The position numbers were made by a program, and so were the translations under genes. 64,000 bases of DNA from Octopus vulgaris (lineage: Eukaryota): contig OX597818.1 in NCBI GenBank assembly GCA_951406725.2, forward strand, positions 123,628,001 to 123,692,000, given 5' to 3'. Numbering within the stretch: position 1 is the first letter of the stretch; every line of letters starts with the position of its first letter. Positions 38,082 through 51,204 of the stretch are shown here, piece by piece. A model generated the notes under the pieces. That model did not search any database. It was not told where the DNA came from and was given only the letters and a program-made list of their open reading frames with translations.

Positions 38082-38479
38082 ATTTGAATTAATACATTAT
38101 GAATGAATGAGCCAGCCACCGAATGACAAAAAAAGAAGAGATACCAATGAATGAATGACTGAATGAACGAGCAAATAAATAGATAAATAAATAAATAAAT
38201 AAATATATAAATAAATAAATAAATCAACGAAAGGCTGTGCATTATAAGCAAGGAGCCAGATTTCTTCCAAACCGTCCAGGACGCTAACTTTTCATACTAA
38301 TTGTTAGCGAGCTGATCTGTTTCAAGGCTGGCGTTAACATAGAGAAAATAGAAGAAAGGTAAAAAGAAAAAATGGAAATAAGAATGGATATAGAGAGAAG
38401 TTAATTGAAAATGAATGTGAATTCAGATTTTTCCCGCTATCGGAATGGAGACTTTTACATGCATGCATGTGTATATCCA

Positions 38480-38534
<55 letters not shown>

Positions 38535-38688
38535 TATTATATTATATCAACGTTTGTTTTTATGTTATAATAACAATTTTACATTAGACTGAAGGATTTC
38601 TCAATACATTTGTTACATTACAAATTTATTATACTCTAACAAGAATAGTATCAACACTGTTTCGGCCATCTACGCTAGCATCAGATTG

Positions 38689-38747
<59 letters not shown>

Positions 38748-38751
38748 ATAC

Positions 38752-38784
<33 letters not shown>

Positions 38785-38833
38785 CATATATACATATATA
38801 TATATATACATATATATACATACTTACACATAC

Positions 38834-38868
<35 letters not shown>

Positions 38869-38884
38869 CTTACATACGTATACA

Positions 38885-39643
38885 TATACTGTTTTGTGTG
38901 GGGAGAGTCATTCCCTTTTAGTGCCTTATAATTTAACACACTCACCGGTCAAATTTCCACTTATTTCCTTTATTTTTCTAAAAGTTTCTTTGCGTCTTGC
39001 AAAATTTCAGTAGTTTTGACTCTGTCCATTGATCTGTTTACTTTCATATCCATATGCTTATATACATGTGCATATATATATATATATATATATATACATA
39101 CACTCACACATACATACATATATCTACATAACAGCCCACTAACTATTCTATTTTACCTGTGTAAAGTGGGTATGGGGGTATGATATCTACTATGTATATT
39201 TCCCATTTAGTATTGGGGAAGTTTCTTTTATGGGGACGTACTCCTGTGTTTGTCTGAGTGTTGGGTCCTTTGGGTGCTTGGATAAAATGCGGATGTGAAG
39301 TTGACCCAGGTTGCCTCCATGTTCATCCTTGGCATGTTGGTAGAGTATAAAGGAACGCTTTTTGTCGTCATATTGTCTCAAATGTTCATTTAGTCGTTCC
39401 GCAATGCTCCTAGATGTCTCCCCTATGTATGTCATGTTCATGTCTTTACAAGCACCTTCTATGTATCTTATGCTGTGAACTATATTTTTAGTTCTAGTGC
39501 GTCCACATAAATGAAATTTCCTCAATGGTAAATAGGAAATATGCATAGTAGATATCGTACCCCCATTCCCAGTTTACACAGGTAGAGTAGAATAGTTAGT
39601 GGGCTGTTGTGTAGACAGATGGATGCAGTGTGTATGTGTGTGA

Positions 39644-39687
<44 letters not shown>

Positions 39688-40030
39688 GTGTATGTAGGCA
39701 TATGGGTATGAAGTAAACAGATCAACATACAGACGGATAGATACATAGGTTATATGAACAGACAAGCACACATACACAAATGAAGACTGAAACACACGAC
39801 CATATATATACACACACAAACACACACACACTCAGACATGCACACACAAGGAGACACACACACATATACAAAGACACACACACACATACAGAGTCAAAAC
39901 TATTGAAAAGGTTGCAAGAGGCAAGGAAAATTTTAGAAAAATAAAGAAGGAAATAAGTGGATATTTTACAGGTGAGTATGTTAAATTATAAGGCACTGAA
40001 AGAGAATGACGCTCCCCAGACACAACAGTA
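38885..40030 (-). mobile_element. Penelope-like element with GIY-YIG core and inverted pseudo-LTRs
   Basis: ORF 39190-39546 KNIVHSI..C..YIGETSRSIAERLNEH..LYQH..LRQTQE..LN. 38885-39225 is an inverted copy of 39512-40030, interrupted by microsatellites. Confidence 0.88.
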
Positions 40031-40135
40031 TATGCTTCAACACACGAACTCACGTAAAGAATCTTAGAAACCAAATCCAAGATATATATATACATACATA
40101 TATATACATGTATATATACATATACATATCCATAC

Positions 40136-40179
<44 letters not shown>

Positions 40180-40880
40180 GCACACTCACACACACATATA
40201 TATATACTTTTGTTACAATATACATGTACATATAAAATGATATACAGATGCAGATATTTAGATGGGTACTCGTATACATATTCATTTTACATGCGCGTGT
40301 ATACAAACACATACACATACATATGCACTACACAAAGAAGATTGACTCAGGAAACAGACGATCTACTTTTTTAAGTGGGTTTCGTTGTGGGTCCCATATC
40401 ACCAAGCTATCCCATTTTCTTTTTACAGGAAATATGAAATCAATCCGAAATATTTCGGATCCTTGATGTTTCGGATAAAGAGTTGTCATCTGTTATTATA
40501 CATTTCTTATTATACACCCAAATATCTATCTATAATCGCGGGAAAGACTTTAAACTTAGTAGGGTTCTGGCACGGGAGTTCCGGGATTTTGAAGAGTGTG
40601 GAGCCACCTCCTGGCATACTATCGTTCTGAGCTCTACCCTAACACAAAGTAGCAGCACCTGTCAGGCACCCAGGTATGGATTAATTAGAATATAGAGGCC
40701 AAGTGTGAATAGGGGAATAAACAGCTCCGAACAAAATCACAGGCGGCATTTTGGCAAGTCCTGGCACTCGGTAATCACACGAGCCGGGGGTTCCGTTGAA
40801 ATTATGGGATGCAGTATGGTCGAGGTGGACTATTTTGGCAGTTGAACTCACTGAGTCAGTGACAAATATCACTAGATGAA

Positions 40881-41295
40881 AGGCGGCGAGCTGGCAAAAA
40901 CGTTAGCACACCGGGCAAACTGCTTAGGAGTATTTCGTCCGCCGCTGCGTTCTGAGTTCAAATTCTACTGAGGTTGACTTTGCCTTTCATCCTTTCGGGG
41001 TCGATAAATTAAGTACCAATAATGCACTGGGGTCGATATAATCGACTTAATCCGTTTGTCTGTCCTTGTTTGCCCCCTCTGTGTTTAGCCCCTTGTGGGT
41101 ACTAAAGAAATAGGTATTTCGTCTGCCGCTACGTTCTGAGTTCAAATTCCGCCGAGGTCGACTTTGCCTTTCATCCTTTCGGGGTCGATAAATTAAGTAC
41201 CAGTTACGCACTGGGGTCGATGTAATCGACTTAATCCCTGTGTCCGTCCTTGTTTGTCCCCTCTATGTTTAGCCCCTTGTGGGCAATAAAGAACT
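40881..41295 (+). mobile_element. SINE family A tandem dimer
   Basis: Same junction GAAATAGGTATTTCGTCTG at 41107; possible TSD actagatg at 40871 and 41304. Confidence 0.9.
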
Positions 41296-41918
41296 ATAAT
41301 GTTACTAGATGCTGAACGAATGAAGAATAAGTAAACTGCCAACAGGGCCAGTATCAAACAGTTCAGTTAGCTAACTACTGCTATTATGTGTTGCTGCAGC
41401 TTGCACAGATGAGAAATGCAGCTATCGATATACCAATATGACTTATAGTCCGGCCAAGTCACCCGCCCGGACGACGACGACGACGACGACGACGATAATA
41501 ATAATCCATAGAAACGGATGTTTTACAGTTCAAGCAAAGATTCTTGACGAATATTGGACTGAATATTGGAAATACATTTTATGATATAAGATTTATTACT
41601 TCTTGTTTAGTTATTTTCTAGTACTTATCCAGATTAACGTATTTCTAAGCACCTTCTCATAATATTTTACCAAATTTACTTCAATTATGTGCCGAACTTC
41701 TGTAACTTTATTGAATGACCTTAGTAAATATTCAATACGACAAAGCAAGCTGGCATTAATTGTACTGTCATAAAAGAACACACAAATCCAATAATCGTTG
41801 GCATAATTCTTTCTGTGTTTGAAATTAATTGTAATTTCTAACAACTTGCAGTAATCTCAACTTAGTAGACAGAGATTTACTTCTTTAGTTATTCTGCTAT
41901 CATTATTATTATTATTAT

Positions 41919-41983
<65 letters not shown>

Positions 41984-42454
41984 TTATATAATGTTTCTAA
42001 TTTTTTTTTTCTGTTAGGAATATTTTGCGTCGGATTTCTATTTCTTTTTCGCCATAAGTCATAATCAGTAGTAAAATACACACAGCAAACACAGAAACAC
42101 GTTCATGTACAACATACAGAGACACAAATACACGAAAATAAGTAGAGAGACAAGGATGGAAGAGAGAGAGAGAGAGAGAGACCGACAGGCAGGCAGACAT
42201 ACTGAGTCAAAGAGACATAAACTCAATTAAAGACTAACACAGAGAAACAAAATTCGCAAACCAGCTTCAGTAAATATTGTTTTATTACTCCAACACACAT
42301 GTGAATACATAAACATACAGACACACACGCACACACACACACACACAGACAGACACACAGACAGACACACACGCGTGCGCACACACACACATACACAGAC
42401 ACACAGACAGTCAGACAGACAGACACACACAGACATACACACATATATCTATCT

Positions 42455-42469
42455 AGCTAGCTAGCTAGC

Positions 42470-42544
<75 letters not shown>

Positions 42545-42577
42545 GTAGGTAGGTAGGTAGGTAGGTAGGTAGGTAAG

Positions 42578-42628
<51 letters not shown>

Positions 42629-42665
42629 GTAGGTAGGTAGGTAGGTAGGTAGGTAGGTAGGTAAG

Positions 42666-42724
<59 letters not shown>

Positions 42725-42765
42725 GTAGGTAGGTAGGTAGGTAGGTAGGTAGGTAGGTAGGTAAG

Positions 42766-42835
<70 letters not shown>
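42455..42835. repeat. (GATA)n/(GGTA)n compound tetranucleotide array
   Basis: Directly visible; GTAAGTA marker recurs at 42573, 42661 and 42761. Confidence 0.95.
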
Positions 42836-42885
42836 TTCTTTTCTCTTACTTGATTCAATCATGTGACTGTGGCCATGCATACATA

Positions 42886-44188
42886 TAGGGTGCTGTCTAA
42901 ATTACGCAAAAATGAATATAACACTGGCATCTCATTTTAACAGACATATTTACGAAAATTATATTAAAAAATATCTTGAAATACGAAAGAGTAAATTTAT
43001 TCAATAAAATTGCGATTGGCTTCAACCACGGCTTCCAAACGACTTCGGAATCTCCTGTAACTCTCCTGAGCAGTCTCCTTGTTTAAGTTGGTAAATACTG
43101 CCATTATCCTTGCCTTTAGTTCATCTTAGGTGTCACAAGGAGTTTTGTTTGTCTCTTGCTCAACTGCGTCCCACACATAATAATCAAGGCGTTTGCAGTC
43201 TGGGGAGTTAGGGAGACAGATGTTAAGGGGTAATGTAGTCGCAGAAATTGTCTGACAGCCATGACTGGGTTCACCTGATTGTGTGGCATGGTGCAGAGTT
43301 CTGTTGCCAGATATAGGGTCTTCCAGCAGCCACCCTCTTGACCCAGAGCAGCACTACTTCCAGCAGGCACTTAATGTAGGCTTCCGTGTTGCGTCTGAGG
43401 CCGAGTAAGGAGATAAATGGAGGCATAACGTTACCATCACTAGTATCACTCGAAATACAATGATGTTGACTGGATGTTTGATTTTTATCACCCTCGGTAT
43501 ATGTTTTGGGAACACGGGGCATGCCAACGGTTGTTTTGTATGTTCACCATCTGATCCTGGCAGAAATTTTTCTCGTTTGCAAAAAAAAAAAAAAAAAAAG
43601 GATGCTCGGTTGGAGGGGATGCTTGAGTTCGTTCAAAAGCTTCGTAGCGCGGTTTTTCCTCTTGTCCTTGATGGCTTGGGATAAACGTTGGCCCTTTTTC
43701 ATCTTGTATGAAGAATACCAAATATCTTCAAACACTACCTACCTGATAAGAAACTCAGACACTCCCGTGTCCCTGGCGATTGACCTGATTGATTTGAAGG
43801 GATCGTTATCAATAATAGCATGGATCTAACCAACAAATTCAGGAGTTCTTTTCTTATCAGAACGATAAGAGTGAGTTTTCTGAGCTGGCATACCTTCGTA
43901 ATCACCATTTGACTCATGCAACTCTTTCCAAATCCTCTGCACAGTCCTCAGATTGATACACAAGCACTCTGAATTGTTCGAATTGAAGCTTCCGGAATGA
44001 ATGTAAAGTAGCACATCATGTCGTTTCCAAATTTCTGGCAGAGTGAACTGCGTCATGGTTCTGTTTCTTCTCACAGACGGTGCCCAACTGACTCTACTAT
44101 ACAGTGTAGTCAACAAAATCAAGAACAAACAAGGCCCATGTGCGAAATTGAAAAGATAAAATGGCAACAATTTACCTATCGCACCATG
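42886..44188 (-). mobile_element. Tc1/mariner superfamily, maT (DD37D)-like transposon, disrupted
   Basis: LRTVQRIWKEL, KRTPEFV, YKMKKGQRLS, NEKNFCQDQMVN.QNNRW, WQQNSAPCH, PDC..LDYYVW; degenerate TIRs. Confidence 0.85.
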
Positions 44189-44202
44189 TGCGTGTGTGTC
44201 TG

Positions 44203-44255
<53 letters not shown>

Positions 44256-44302
44256 CGTTTGTAAGAGTCTGGATTGAATTGATATATCGGTTCCATTCTA
44301 AC

Positions 44303-44350
44303 AAAAACTGTTTGATGAACGGCAACGAGAAACTCAGAGTAACAGATTTT
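44303..44350 (+). ncRNA. Minimal type-I hammerhead-ribozyme-like motif
   Basis: AAAA-A-CTGT-TTGATGA-ACG-GCAA-CGA-GAAA-CTC-A-GAG-TA-ACAG-A-TTTT: stems I-III, GNRA loop and a GUA cleavage triplet; C3 replaced by U. Confidence 0.6.
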
Positions 44351-44377
44351 GTTGAATTTTCTGCTGCTTTAAATAAA

Positions 44378-44427
<50 letters not shown>

Positions 44428-44497
44428 ACATATACATATATCCCTTAGTTGGTTTCTCAACCTCTAACTCACACAGAAATATATAAATATAAAAATA

Positions 44498-44542
<45 letters not shown>

Positions 44543-44561
44543 ATATATATCTATATATATC

Positions 44562-44596
<35 letters not shown>

Positions 44597-44621
44597 GTAT
44601 GTATATATATATGTATATGTC

Positions 44622-44664
<43 letters not shown>

Positions 44665-44769
44665 TCATATGCACACTAAGAATTATAAAATGTACTGTCA
44701 TGTTATACATTGCGCAAATACTATCTAATAGAGAAATCAATGCTTGCGATAGAGTGAAAAGCTTCAGTA

Positions 44770-45083
44770 ATGAATGACCAGAGGATTGCTCCTAGAAGGT
44801 TCTCCTCCGAGACTCAAGTACGGGTAAGGTTGTTTAAGGCCAGCAGTCACCCATACGTACCAGCCTCTCCTCAACACGTCATCGATGTTATCCGAGGGAA
44901 GGGCAAATGCTAATACAGCTTGGTATCAGTGACGTCGCAACTCATTTTTATAACTGAGTGAACGAGAGCAACATGAAATAAAGTGTCTTGCTCAAGAGCA
45001 CATCACACACACAGCCTCGTCCGGGAATCGAACTCACTACCTTATGATTGTGAGCCCGACGCTCTAACCACTGAGCCATGCAC
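44770..45083 (-). mobile_element. SINE family C, near full length
   Basis: Minus strand GGTGCATGGCTCAGTGGTTAGAGCG (A box), GAGTTCGATTCCC (B box), cttgagcaagacactttatttca core. Confidence 0.85.
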
Positions 45084-45188
45084 CACTGAGCCATATTCAT
45101 ATGCATATTGTAAGAATTGTAAAATGCACTATCATTGCTTGGCGAAACTCGAGTGAACTTACTATGTCACTATACAACATATATACAT

Positions 45189-45249
<61 letters not shown>

Positions 45250-45275
45250 CATTTATATATATATATATATATATT

Positions 45276-45353
<78 letters not shown>

Positions 45354-45371
45354 CATACATATATATATATT

Positions 45372-45441
<70 letters not shown>

Positions 45442-45617
45442 CATATATATGCGATTAATTCTTGTTTTTTCATATAATTTTCATCTGTCTTGCCCGCATA
45501 TTGTTCTGGTGTCCGCTGAATTTTTCTCTAGAGAACATTACATTATTTTCTTTGTAGTTTGATCGCAGGTGATCTACTTCTAGCATATGGCTGACCACAT
45601 TGTGGTTTTTAGCCCTT

Positions 45618-45665
<48 letters not shown>

Positions 45666-45960
45666 CATATATATATATATGTATGTATGTATGTACGTAC
45701 GTACATAAACTCACACACACATCTATACGTTTATCCAGTAAGATAGACATTTTAACAGTAGGGTTTTCGATATCGACGCCATCAGAACGAACTAAGATAA
45801 ATAATGCAGTTTATACTTGCAACATTTATAACCACATAAAACGTTGAAGAAATGACAGAACTGTTTGAGATTGTTTGTTAACTATAATCTTTAAGGTAGA
45901 CCGTTAGATGGCAGCTGGCACACATAGCTTATTTCCAAAATACTTTATTGCTTGCGCATA

Positions 45961-46040
<80 letters not shown>

Positions 46041-46055
46041 CATATACATATATAC

Positions 46056-46103
<48 letters not shown>

Positions 46104-46664
46104 GTATATATATATATATACATATATATATATAGATATAGATATTTATAGATAGATAAGTATATGTATGTATATATGTATGTAGATGTATGCATGTGTG
46201 TATGCATGGTACCGTGTGTGCGTGTGGTGATATATATATATATATATACATAAACATATATGTACCATCACACGCACACATGCTACCACGTGCACTCACA
46301 CACACAAACATGCGCGCAGTTGCTGCCACACACACACGCTCCCATGCGTACACACGCTACCCTCCCCCACAGACACACACAAACACGCACGCATACATAC
46401 TGACCATTGTCACACTCTCCTGTCCCATAGAGCACTTTCTCTTCATTCCCTCTACTTCTGGTCACTTCAGAAATATAACCGCACGCGATTGTTGGCGATT
46501 TCTTTTCCTCCTCCGTGTTAGACTTTTCTGTTTTTCCTGTTTCTGAAGAAAAACTATTCCTATCCTTCGCTGACCGTCTTATTAATACATTGCTTGTGCT
46601 ACGACCACACGTTTGTTTGATTTATTTTCTTTTTCTCTGTTTTTCTGAATTGACTATATTCTTT

Positions 46665-46793
46665 TATTCTTTTAGTTGTTTCACTCATCTGACTGCGGCC
46701 ATGCTGGAGCACCGCTTTTAGTCTAACAAATCAACCCCAGGACTTATTCTTTGTAAACCTAGTACTTATTCAATCGGTCTCTTTTGCCGAACT
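46665..46793 (-). mobile_element. SINE family B 3' fragment
   Basis: gactgcggccatgctggagcaccgc tail. Confidence 0.8.
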
Positions 46794-46799
46794 GGTTAC

Positions 46800-48066
46800 A
46801 ATTATACGCAGATATCCAACTGTCGTTTGACACAGGCAATATTCGTGGAATGTATGAGGTTATGAAGAAAGCTATTGGCCCAACCAAGCGCAGGATATCC
46901 AGAACAGGTGAGGTTATCAAGGACTAAAAGAGAGCAGCTGGAGAGATGGGTGGAACATTATTCCGAACTCTACACCAAAGGAAAGAACATCTCGGACAGT
47001 GCGCTGGACACTGTAGAGTACCTATTTGTCATGGAGGAGCTGGACACACTGCCAAATACTGAAGAACTGAGCTGAGCCATTGAAAGCTTGCCCACTGGAA
47101 AAGCACCGAGTTTGGATGGCATCCAATCAGAGATCATCAGATGAGCAAGGAGAGTTCTACTTAGCCACTTGCTGAAGCTACCGTGTCAGTGCTGAGAGAA
47201 GGGACCAGTACCACAAGGTACGAGAGACTGCAACATTGTCACCCTATATAATAACAAAGGAGACAACAGTGACTGCAATAACTACCGAGGCATCTCACTG
47301 TTAAGCATCGTTGGGAAAATTTTTACCCACGTGGCCCTGAACAGACTATAGAAAATGCTGAGAGGTTATACCCCCGATTCTCAATGTGGTTTCAGAGAAA
47401 AACGCTCCTTCATCGACATGATCTTTTCTCTCCGACAGCTACAGGAAAAGTGCTGAAAGCAAAGACAACCACTCTTTATCACCTTCATTGACCTCACAAA
47501 GGCTGTTGACGTACGTCTTTCACCTTCGTAATTTGAGACGCATCTTGGATATCAAGTGGACCGACCACACCACCAACACCGAAGTCCTTAACCGAGTCAA
47601 GATACCCAGCATACACATCTTGTTCCAGTAGCGTCGTTTCGTACTGGCTCGGCCATGTTCATTGCATATCAGACGGAAGGATCCCAAAAGACAACCGGCA
47701 CAAGAGCACGATGACAACCTCATTTTCGTTTCAAGAACGTATGTAAGAGGGATATGAAATCGCTTGATCTGGACGTCCTAAGATGGAAGGAGGTTGCAGA
47801 TGATCGCCCACAATGGAGGCAAACACTGCGAAAGAGAATTAAAAGAGCGAAAGAAAAGCGGGAACTTGCCACCAAAGGAAAGTGCACTCGACAGAAGGAA
47901 AAATCAGTAGCGCCGGCAGAGAACACTTTCAAATATAGTCGCTGTATGTGTGACTGCCACTCCCGTGTGGTCCTGTACAGCCATAAAAGACGCTGCACCA
48001 CCATCAGCAAGTAACTGATTTCTTTGAGCGCAGATGTATGACCTCTCGAGACCGACGAATGCCTTC
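46800..48066 (+). mobile_element. RTE-BovB-like LINE, 5'-truncated with internal deletion
   Basis: ERWVEHYSEL, GKAPSLDGI, NYRGISLLSIVGK, SQCGFR, FIDLTKA, then a jump at ~47510 to LRRILDIKW..NTEVL, DRPQWR and a C-terminal Cys/His motif; followed by (GATA)n. Confidence 0.92.
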
Positions 48067-48069
48067 TAT

Positions 48070-48143
<74 letters not shown>

Positions 48144-48194
48144 GGATGGATGGATGGATATGCACACATATTTATATACTTATGTTTGCATGTT

Positions 48195-48602
48195 TACTCT
48201 TTTACTTGTTTCAGTCATTTGACTGCGACCATGCTGGAGCACCGCCTTTAGTCGGGCAAATCGACCCCAGGACTTATTCTTTGCAAGCCTAGAACTTATT
48301 CTATTGGTCTCTTTTTGCCGAACCGCTAAGTTACGGGGACGTAAACACACGACCATCGGTTGTCAAATGATGGTGGTGGGGGGACAAACACAGACACACA
48401 AACATATACACACACATACATATATAAATACATATATACGAAGGGCTTCTTTCAGTTTCCGTCTACCAAATCTACTCACAAGGCTTTGGTCGGCCCGAGG
48501 CTATAGTAGAAGACACTTGCCCAAGGTGCCACGCAGTGGGACTAAACCCGGAACCATGTGGTTGGTAAGCTAGCTACTTACCACACAACCACTCCTGCGC
48601 CT
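48195..48602 (-). mobile_element. SINE family B, full length
   Basis: Matches 19222-19707. Confidence 0.9.
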
Positions 48603-48631
48603 ATGTTTGTATAAGTATATATACTTATATA

Positions 48632-48662
<31 letters not shown>

Positions 48663-49065
48663 ATACATATGTATGTATGTATATATATACACACACACAT
48701 ACACATACACACACATACACTCATGTTCAATGAAAGGAAATGTTGATTATGATGAATCAGTTAAAGTAATGAATCAGACAAAAATATAATCGCTCTTGTC
48801 ACACAAAATCTAAAATGATGAATTACATACAAATCTTTAGAGAAATCGGGTAGAATTAACAGGGAGTTATAACTTGTTTTGTATTTATTGTTTTCATCGT
48901 TATAGCTGTTGTAGTCAACGTCGTCGTCGTCGTCGTCTTCGTCTTCGTCTTCGTCATTGCCGTTTAGTCCCATGCCAGCCATGATGGAGTAAGCCGATGA
49001 TTGAAGATATTGCAGTCGTGACCATCCAATCTTTATATGTGCATCTGTGACTACGTTGTCCAAAG

Positions 49066-49211
49066 CAGTCATGGGCAAACTGCGGCCCGCGTGACCTTGT
49101 AAATGATAACTCTAACGAGAAATTATCTTGAATTTTTTTTTTGTCGTGCGGCCCGGCAAATGACGTGGCATATCTCGCAGGCGGCTTCTCGAGAAACGTT
49201 GCCCATGGCTG
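49066..49211. mobile_element. hAT (Charlie-like) MITE
   Basis: TIRs CAGTCATGGGCAAAC / GTTGCCCATGGCTG; subterminal GCGGCCC repeats. Confidence 0.75.
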
Positions 49212-49340
49212 ATCTGATGTAAAGCGTTGTTTCCTTATTTAAAACAGTAAAGCATGTTTTGAAAATATTTGGCTCCTATTATTTCTAAGAGGAGCGACGA
49301 TGTAAACGCTGCCCCTGGTGGTTCAGTAGCGGTTATTATT

Positions 49341-49570
49341 GGCGGCGAGCTGGCAGAAACATTAGCACACCAGGCGAAATGCGTAGCCTTATTTCGTCTG
49401 TCGTTACGTTCTGAGTTCAAATTCCGCCGAGGTCGACTTTGCCCTTCATCCTTTCGGGGTCGATAAATTAAGTACCAGTTATGCGCTGGGGTCGATGTAA
49501 TCGACTTAATCCCTTCGTCTGTCCTTGTTTGTCCCCTCTATATTTAACCCCTTGTGGGCAGTAAAGATAT
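49341..49570 (+). mobile_element. SINE family A
   Basis: Full head, core and tail. Confidence 0.9.
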
Positions 49571-49610
49571 TTATTATTGGCTGGCTTAGTATGTTGAATA
49601 TATATAACTT

Positions 49611-49838
49611 ATTTTTAACTACCCACAAGGGGCTAAACAAAGAGAGGACAAACAAGGACAGACAAAGGGATTAAGTCGATTACATCGACCCCAGTGCGTA
49701 ACTGGTACTTAATTTATCGACCCCGAAAGGATGAAAGGCAAAGTCGACCTCGGCGTAATTTGAACTCAGAACGTAACGGCAGACGAAATACGGCTACGCA
49801 TTTCGCCTGGCGTGCTAACGTTTCTGCCAGCTCGCCGC
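49611..49838 (-). mobile_element. SINE family A, tail-to-tail with the previous copy
   Basis: Reverse complement of the same family. Confidence 0.9.
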
Positions 49839-50267
49839 ATTAATAACGAAGGAATATTTACACAGTTGCTCGACCAACAAAGACCAGCAGTTAAATCTGT
49901 CTGTCTATCTCTGCCCCTCTCTTTCTCTCTCTCTCTCTTTTCCTCTTTCTATCCCTGTCCCTCTCTCTTTCTCCCCCTCTTTCTCCCCCTTTTTTTTTTC
50001 TTCCTTCTCTTAAATTACAACTTGTCACATTAAAAATTTCTTGGACATGCTAAAACATTTGGTCCTCGATAAGCCATGTCCGAGAGAAAAGCGGTCTGAT
50101 GAATGACTGGGGCGTTTTTATGCAAAATCCTTTTGTTCAGGGCTAACCTAAATTAAACAACAACAAACAGCAAGAACAAGAACTTCATTTGAATCATCAC
50201 CAATAGTCCGCTTTTCTATTATGAAACAACAGTAACTACTAGTAGTATTATTAATATTTGCTAGTAA

Positions 50268-50680
50268 AGCGGAGAGCTGGCAGATTGTTTAGCGCGTCAG
50301 ACAAGCAATACTTAGTGACATTTCGTTCGTCTTTACGTTCTGAGTTCGAACATCGCAGAAATCAACTTTGCCTTTCATCCTTTCGGAAGTCGATAAATTA
50401 TGTATCAGTCAAACTCTGGGGCCGATGCAATCGACTTGCCCCTCCCCACAAAATTTCAGGTTTTATGCCTAGCACGCCGGGCGAAATGCTTAGCGGTATT
50501 TCGTCTGCCGTTACGTTCCGAGTTCAAATTCCGCTTGGGTCGACTTTGCCTTTCATCCTTCCGGGGTCGATAAATAAAGTACCAGTTTCTCACTGGAGTC
50601 GATGTAAACGACTTAATCCATTTCTCTGTCCTTGTTTGTCCCCTCTATGTTTAGCCCCTTGTGGGCAGTAAAGAAATATA
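50268..50680 (+). mobile_element. SINE family A, older unit followed by a younger unit
   Basis: Two cores; the second begins within the tRNA-like head at tagcacgccgggcg (~50470). Confidence 0.85.
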
Positions 50681-50699
50681 TAATAGAAAGAGTTATTAT

Positions 50700-51135
50700 T
50701 CTACTTCTCAGAGCTCTCGGTCTTACACTGGTCGATTCTGTGAGAGAAGACAGCAGCCTATTGTCAGAAGTCTCACAGGGGTCTCATTCCACAAACTATA
50801 AGCTTTGATACTTGGATGTTAACTTATCGTGGAAGCACCGAAGCACCAATCTTAAAATCCTAGCTGCCTCCAATAGAGCAGTTTTTTGGGCCTTCTCTGC
50901 CCTCATGTCAACTCCAATTTCTCTGATATATTTCTCGAACCTGGTTGTTAGTGCTCCGAGTGCCCCTACAACTACTGGGATAACAGTTATTCTCCACATT
51001 GCCCACATTCTTGCAATTTCATTTTTTTTAGTAGTCTGTATTTCCCCATCTTTTCCAGCTCTTTATCATCTATGCGTGAATCCCCAGGTACGGCAATATC
51101 TATGATCTTGGTTTCCTTTTTCCTTTTATCTATTA
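50700..51135 (-). mobile_element. R4/Dong LINE 3' end (RLE)
   Basis: IIDIAVPGDSRIDDKELEK, VIPVVVGALG, QKTALLEAARILR; 5' junction in (TAA)n at 51137-51192. Confidence 0.87.
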
Positions 51136-51193
<58 letters not shown>

Positions 51194-51204
51194 GCAATAA
51201 CAGT

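Larger units (their letters stand above)
44190..46260. repeat. Dense (TA)n/(TACA)n microsatellite field with interspersed short cassettes
   Basis: Directly visible. Confidence 0.9.
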
